Source of the DNA: an uncultured Armatimonadia bacterium
GTDB lineage: Bacteria; Armatimonadota; Zipacnadia; Zipacnadales; UBA5352
Length of the DNA stretch: 64,000 nt
NCBI GenBank assembly: GCA_964617715.1
Contig: CAZTZN010000003.1
Span: 13,048-77,047, forward strand
Direction: 5' to 3'
Made by a program: the position numbers and the translations under genes. Each line of letters opens with the position of its first letter. Position 1 is the stretch's first letter. The notes under the pieces were generated by a model. The model did no database searches and was not told the DNA's origin. It saw nothing but the letters and a program-made list of their open reading frames with translations. Shown in pieces: positions 59,693-64,000 of this stretch.

Positions 59693-59797
59693 GGCTGCGG
59701 TTCCATCTGCTCCGGTCGGCCTCAGATAGCGATGGCAGGGAATCATAGCCGTGAGGGCGGACGAGTGTCAACATGTGCCGCCCCTGCCCGCGGCTTT

Positions 59798-59826
59798 CTT
59801 GACCCCCGGGCCGGCTTGTGATATAG
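59798..59826 (+). promoter_or_regulatory. near-consensus sigma70-type promoter TTGACC-17-TATAGT (extended -10 TGa) upstream of the arg operon
   Basis: TTGACC 59798-59803, 17-nt spacer, TATAGT 59821-59826. Shares the 13-mer CTTGTGATATAGT with the 13253-13281 promoter. Confidence 0.6.
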
Positions 59827-59972
59827 TGCAGACGTTCCTGCCCCAACCCAGGTTCGTATGGAGCCCGCTGATGTCAATCATCGGCAACCAGTTGTGGCCG
59901 ACCCCCCCTGACCCTCGCGCCAGGCGGTAGGCCACATCTGGACGTACCCGCTCCGATAAGGCATCTTCCGTG

Positions 59973-60001
59973 CCGCCCGATGATGGGGCGGCTTTCTTCG
60001 T
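59973..60001 (+). terminator. terminator/attenuator-like hairpin plus T-tract in the argC leader
   Basis: GCCGCCC-GATGATG-GGGCGGC followed by TTTCTTCG. 7-bp GC stem, 7-nt loop, U-rich tail. Lies about 140 nt downstream of the predicted TSS and about 40 nt upstream of the argC ATG. Confidence 0.45.
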
Positions 60002-60038
60002 ACCTGCGCGTGACGCACACGACAAGGCGAGGGAGTGC

Positions 60039-61079
60039 ATGAGCGTGACACGGGTCGCGATATTCGGCGCCACCGGCTACGGAGGCATTGAGCTGGTCCG
60101 CATCCTGCTCGACCACCCGGGGGTCGAGATCGCCTACGTCGGCGGGCACACAACCGTGGGCGAGAACGTCTCCGACTTCTACCCGCACCTCGCCGGCGCC
60201 ATCGACATGACGGTGGGGGAGATCGACGTCGCGGCGGTGGCCCCGGACGTTGACGTGATGTTCTTCGCGTTGCCCCATGCAGTGGGGGCCGCACTGGTGG
60301 CCGAGGCGCTTGAGCTTGGTAAGAAGGTCATCGATTTCTCCGCCGACTGCCGGCTCAAGAACCTGGCCGATTACGAGCGCTACTATGAGCCGCACCCCCA
60401 CCCCGAGTTGCTCGGGCAGGCGGTGTACGGCCTGCCCGAGCTACACCGCGAGGAGATCGTCGCGACCCGCCTGACCGCAGTGCCGGGATGCTATCCGACC
60501 GGCGCCATCCTGGCGCTCGCACCCGCCTGCACCGCCGGGTTGATTGAGCCCGACGGCCTGATCGTGGACAGCAAGTCGGGGGTTTCGGGCGCGGGGCGCA
60601 GCCTGTCGCTGACCACGCACTTCACTGAGTGCAACGAGTCGGTGGCGGCCTACAAGGTTGCCCGGCATCGGCATACACCCGAGATCGTGCAGGAGCTGTC
60701 GCTGCTGGGCGCGCCCATTACGGTTACCTTCACTCCGCACCTGATCCCGATGAACCGCGGGATCCTGAGCACCTGCTACGGCAAACTGACCGGCGAGATC
60801 GCTCTGGACGACGCCGTCGCCCTCTACCGCGAGTTCTACGCCGACGAGCCGTTCGTGCGCGTCCACAGCCCCGGGAAGCTGCCCGCTACCAAGCAGGTCA
60901 CCGGGTCGAATCTGTGTGACATCGGCCTGGCGATTGACCCCGACACCGGGCGGTTGATTGCGGTATCGGCGATCGACAACCTGGTCAAGGGCCTGTCGGG
61001 CGCCGCGGTGCAGTGCATGAACCTGATGCTGGGCTTGCCGGAGGAGACGGCCTTGAGCGCGTACCCGGTGTGGCCGTAG
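60039..61079 (+). CDS. argC: N-acetyl-gamma-glutamyl-phosphate reductase
   Basis: Start ATG 60039 (MSVTRVAIFGATGYGGIELVRIL, Rossmann). Catalytic Cys context PGCYPTG. about 346 aa. The ORF's 23 upstream codons cover the leader hairpin. Confidence 0.9.
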   Translation: MSVTRVAIFGATGYGGIELVRILLDHPGVEIAYVGGHTTVGENVSDFYPHLAGAIDMTVGEIDVAAVAPDVDVMFFALPHAVGAALVAEALELGKKVIDFSADCRLKNLADYERYYEPHPHPELLGQAVYGLPELHREEIVATRLTAVPGCYPTGAILALAPACTAGLIEPDGLIVDSKSGVSGAGRSLSLTTHFTECNESVAAYKVARHRHTPEIVQELSLLGAPITVTFTPHLIPMNRGILSTCYGKLTGEIALDDAVALYREFYADEPFVRVHSPGKLPATKQVTGSNLCDIGLAIDPDTGRLIAVSAIDNLVKGLSGAAVQCMNLMLGLPEETALSAYPVWP

Positions 61080-61204
61080 GAAGACGGCGTCGGAGAACCG
61101 GGGGCCTGCAACCGGGAAGCGGAGATCGACACAGGCAACGTCAGGCGGCAACGGCGGAAGACGTCGTGCGCCAGGCCGAGAGTGAGAATGAGCGAGGGAT
61201 TGAG

Positions 61205-62413
61205 ATGGCTGGGAAGAACTTCCGGGAGATTGAGGGTGGTTTGCTGGTGGCGCGGGGCTTCGTGGCGTCGGCGGTGGAAGCCGGGATCAAGCCCGAAGGG
61301 CTCGACATGCTGCTGCTGCACTCGCGGATACCCGCCTGCGCGGCCGCGACCATCACCACCAACGCCTTCCGGGCCGCGCCCACGTACGTGACGCAGGAGC
61401 ATGTGGCGGACGGACACGCCCGCACCATCGTCGCCAACTCCGGCAACGCCAACGCCGCGACCGGCGCGCAGGGCATGGTCAACGCGCGGCGGATGGCTGA
61501 ACTCGCGGCGCGCGAGGTCCAGGTGCCCGTTGAGGACGTGCTGGTGTGCTCGACGGGGCGCATCGGCGTTCAACTGCCCATGGACCGCATCGAAGCGGCC
61601 ATCCCCCGGTTGTGCCGGAGCCTGAACCGCGATTGCGCTTCCGAGGCCGCACGGGCGATCATGACCACCGACACCGTGCCCAAGGAGTGTGCGGTCGAGT
61701 TTGAGGTGGGCGGCGAGCGCGCCCACCTCGGCGCTATCGCCAAAGGAGCGGGCATGATATGCCCGAACATGGCGACCATGCTCTGCTTCATCGCCACGGA
61801 CGTCGCTATCACCCCCGAACTGCTGCGGCAGGCGCTCACCGCCGCGGTCGGCCGCTCGTTCAACTGCATCTCCGTGGACGGTGACATGAGCACCAACGAC
61901 ACCGTGATCGTGCTCGCCAACGGGGAGGCGGGCAACGAACCGCTCGACGACGAGCATACGCGCGACTTCACCATCTTCTGCGAAGCGCTCAACCACGTGA
62001 CCGAGGAGCTGGCGAAGCAGATTGCCCGTGACGGTGAGGGGGCGAGCAAGTTCGTCGAGGTGCGCGTGAGCGGCGCGCGGACCTGGGACGAGGCACGTAC
62101 GGTCGGCCGGGTGGTCACGCGCTACAACCTGGTGCGAAGCTGCATCTGGGGCGAGGATTTCAACTGGGGGCGGGTCGCCGCCGCAGTCGGCGCCTCGGGC
62201 GTTGAGATCGAGCCTGCCGAAGTGACCATCGCCATCGGGGGGATCCGGGCCTTCGTGGCGGGGGAGCCGGTCGAGTACGACCGCGACCAGGCCGCCGGCG
62301 TGATGGCCGGTGGCGAAATAGTGATCGAGATCGATCTGGGCGTCGGGGACGCGGAGGCTGTGTGCTGGAGCTGCGATCTGACGCCCGAGTATGTCGAGCT
62401 GAACGCGAAGTGA
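61205..62413 (+). CDS. argJ: bifunctional glutamate N-acetyltransferase/amino-acid acetyltransferase
   Basis: Start ATG 61205 (MAGKNFREIEGG...). ...TTNAF.AAP, self-cleavage site ATML (TMLCFIATD), C-terminal ...ELNAK. about 402 aa. Confidence 0.9.
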   Translation: MAGKNFREIEGGLLVARGFVASAVEAGIKPEGLDMLLLHSRIPACAAATITTNAFRAAPTYVTQEHVADGHARTIVANSGNANAATGAQGMVNARRMAELAAREVQVPVEDVLVCSTGRIGVQLPMDRIEAAIPRLCRSLNRDCASEAARAIMTTDTVPKECAVEFEVGGERAHLGAIAKGAGMICPNMATMLCFIATDVAITPELLRQALTAAVGRSFNCISVDGDMSTNDTVIVLANGEAGNEPLDDEHTRDFTIFCEALNHVTEELAKQIARDGEGASKFVEVRVSGARTWDEARTVGRVVTRYNLVRSCIWGEDFNWGRVAAAVGASGVEIEPAEVTIAIGGIRAFVAGEPVEYDRDQAAGVMAGGEIVIEIDLGVGDAEAVCWSCDLTPEYVELNAK

Positions 62414-62426
62414 GGGATCCCAGGCT

Positions 62427-63302
62427 ATGAGCGCCGGCAACGACACGGCCTTCCGGGCGGAAGTACTGATAGAAGCGCTTCCGTACATCCGCAGGTTCCG
62501 CGGCGCCACAGTCGTCGTGAAATACGGCGGCGCGGCGATGACCGACGAGCAGCTCAAGCGTAGCGTCTGCACCGACGTCGCCCTGCTGCACTACGTCGGC
62601 CTGCGGCCGGTGATCGTCCACGGCGGCGGGCCGAAGATCTCGGAGATGATGGGCCGCCTGGGCCTTGAGCCCCGGTTCGTGGAGGGACTGCGCGTCACCG
62701 ATGATGCCACCATGGAGATCGCCGAGATGGTGCTGGTCGGTTCGATCGGCCAGGACCTGGCGGCGCACGTGCAGGCCGCCGGCGTTTCGGCGGTGGCCAT
62801 CTCGGGCCGCGACGGCTGCACGCTGGTTGCCCGCCGGATGCAGGGCCCGGGCGGCACCGACCTCGGCCATGTGGGCGAGGTGACCGACATCCGTCCCAGG
62901 CTCATCCACGACCTGCTGGCGGCCGGGCATATCCCGGTCCTGTCGCCGATCGGCATGGCCGAGAGCGGCGCGCCCCTGAACATCAACGCCGATCTGGTCG
63001 CCGGCTCACTGGCGGTGGCGCTGGGAGCGAGCAAGCTGGTGACGCTCAGCGACGTACCGGGCCTGCTGCGCGATCGCACCGACTCGTCCACGCTCATCGG
63101 CGAGCTGTCCCTGACGGAGGCGCGGGAGATGCTGGACTCCGACGCGGTTGGCTCGGGGATGATCCCCAAGCTGCAGAGCTGCATCATGGCCGTCGAGGGC
63201 GGCGTGCAGCGCGCGCACATGATCGACGGTTCGCGGCCGCACTCCCTGCTGATCGAGCTGTTCTCGGAGTCGGGCATCGGCACCATGGTACGGCCCGACT
63301 GA
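62427..63302 (+). CDS. argB: acetylglutamate kinase
   Basis: 291 aa. VVKYGGAAM, VHGGGP.I, ...NINAD..AG.LA..L.A.KL. Typical AAK fold. Confidence 0.95.
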   Translation: MSAGNDTAFRAEVLIEALPYIRRFRGATVVVKYGGAAMTDEQLKRSVCTDVALLHYVGLRPVIVHGGGPKISEMMGRLGLEPRFVEGLRVTDDATMEIAEMVLVGSIGQDLAAHVQAAGVSAVAISGRDGCTLVARRMQGPGGTDLGHVGEVTDIRPRLIHDLLAAGHIPVLSPIGMAESGAPLNINADLVAGSLAVALGASKLVTLSDVPGLLRDRTDSSTLIGELSLTEAREMLDSDAVGSGMIPKLQSCIMAVEGGVQRAHMIDGSRPHSLLIELFSESGIGTMVRPD

Positions 63303-63343
63303 CCCGAAGCATACCCAGGACCAACCCGTGAGGGGGACGCGTT

Positions 63344-64000
63344 ATGACCAACCAGGAGATCGCCGCGCTCGCCGCACAGCACCTCATGCCCACCTACGCC
63401 CCGCCGCCGGTGGCGTTCGTGCGCGGCGAGGGCGCTACGCTCTATGATGCCGATGGCAACGAGTATCTGGACTTCGTAGCCGGGATTGCGGTGTGCGGAG
63501 TCGGCCATGCCCATCCACGTCTGGTGCGAGCGATCTGCGAGCAGGCGGGGCGCATCATGCACACTTCGAACCTGTTTCTGATCGAGCAGCAGGCACAGCT
63601 CGCCGAGCGGCTGGTGGGATTGTCCTTCGCCGACCGCGCATTCTTCTGCAACTCCGGCGCTGAGGCCAACGAGGCGGCGATCAAGCTCGCCCGCAAGTGG
63701 GCCGGGCAGCACCTGGCGCCACAACAGCGCACGATCATCACCGCCGACAAGTCATTCCATGGTCGCACACTGACCACGATCACCGCGACGGGGCAGCCCA
63801 AGTACCAGAAGGCATTCGCACCACTGTCTCCGGGCTTCGCCTACGTACCCTTCGGCGACCTGGAGGCCCTTGAGGCGGCCGTTGATGACACGGTCTGTGC
63901 GGTCATGCTCGAGCCCATCCAGGGCGAGGGCGGGATCAACGTGCCGGGTGATGACTACCTGTCCGGAGTGCGGCGGCTGTGCGATGAGCGCGGCATTCTG
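63344..64000 (+). CDS. argD: acetylornithine aminotransferase, 3'-partial (runs off window end)
   Basis: ATG 63344 (MTNQEIAALAAQHLMPTYAPPPVAFVRGEGATLYDADGNEYLDF...). Class-III aminotransferase motifs FCNSGAEANEAAIKLARK and a DEIQ-type segment. No stop before 64000, so it is absent from the ORF track. Confidence 0.9.
   Translation, partial: MTNQEIAALAAQHLMPTYAPPPVAFVRGEGATLYDADGNEYLDFVAGIAVCGVGHAHPRLVRAICEQAGRIMHTSNLFLIEQQAQLAERLVGLSFADRAFFCNSGAEANEAAIKLARKWAGQHLAPQQRTIITADKSFHGRTLTTITATGQPKYQKAFAPLSPGFAYVPFGDLEALEAAVDDTVCAVMLEPIQGEGGINVPGDDYLSGVRRLCDERGIL

Overview
Visibly GC-rich bacterial chromosomal segment (roughly two-thirds G+C by eye, not computed), densely packed with about 56 protein-coding genes. 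No rRNA, tRNA, CRISPR array, transposase or integrase genes were seen. Many long ORFs in the six-frame track are Arg/Pro/Gly-rich antisense artefacts of the high GC content and were discarded. Housekeeping blocks: (i) a complete Firmicutes/Terrabacteria-style F1Fo ATP synthase operon atpZ-atpI-atpBEFHAGDC (18.0-25.3 kb) followed by murA and mreB/mbl, the order found near the B. subtilis atp operon; (ii) an oxidative pentose-phosphate operon tkt-gnd-zwf-pgl on the minus strand (41.1-46.3 kb); (iii) an arginine operon argC-argJ-argB-argD at the right edge; plus cdd, mnmA, a CpsB-type tyrosine phosphatase, pdxT, a sugar nucleotidyltransferase, DedA, GNAT and budA. Interleaved are accessory or secreted functions: a DUF4838/CBM9-like protein, two giant secreted proteins (1588 and about 1070 aa), a BNR sialidase-like protein, a neutral-ceramidase-like protein, two URO-D-family paralogs with amidohydrolase-2 neighbours, three secreted proteins with copper-amine-oxidase-N-like wall-binding domains (one fused to a NodB polysaccharide deacetylase), an NlpC/P60 endopeptidase with about six SH3b repeats, an orphan tadE-like gene, and several hypothetical proteins. 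Main points for follow-up: an atpI-like ORF interrupted by an in-frame TAG inside a transmembrane helix; a tandem pair of paralogous secreted proteins of unknown function; a translationally coupled membrane-protein plus 457-aa unknown pair next to a long GC palindrome; five near-consensus sigma70-type promoters readable by eye (two share an identical 13-mer); a terminator-like hairpin in the argC leader; and the giant secreted protein pair. I did not find convincing evidence of a defence system or mobile element. The strongest candidates for something new are the hypothetical or secreted gene sets rather than any recognisable system.
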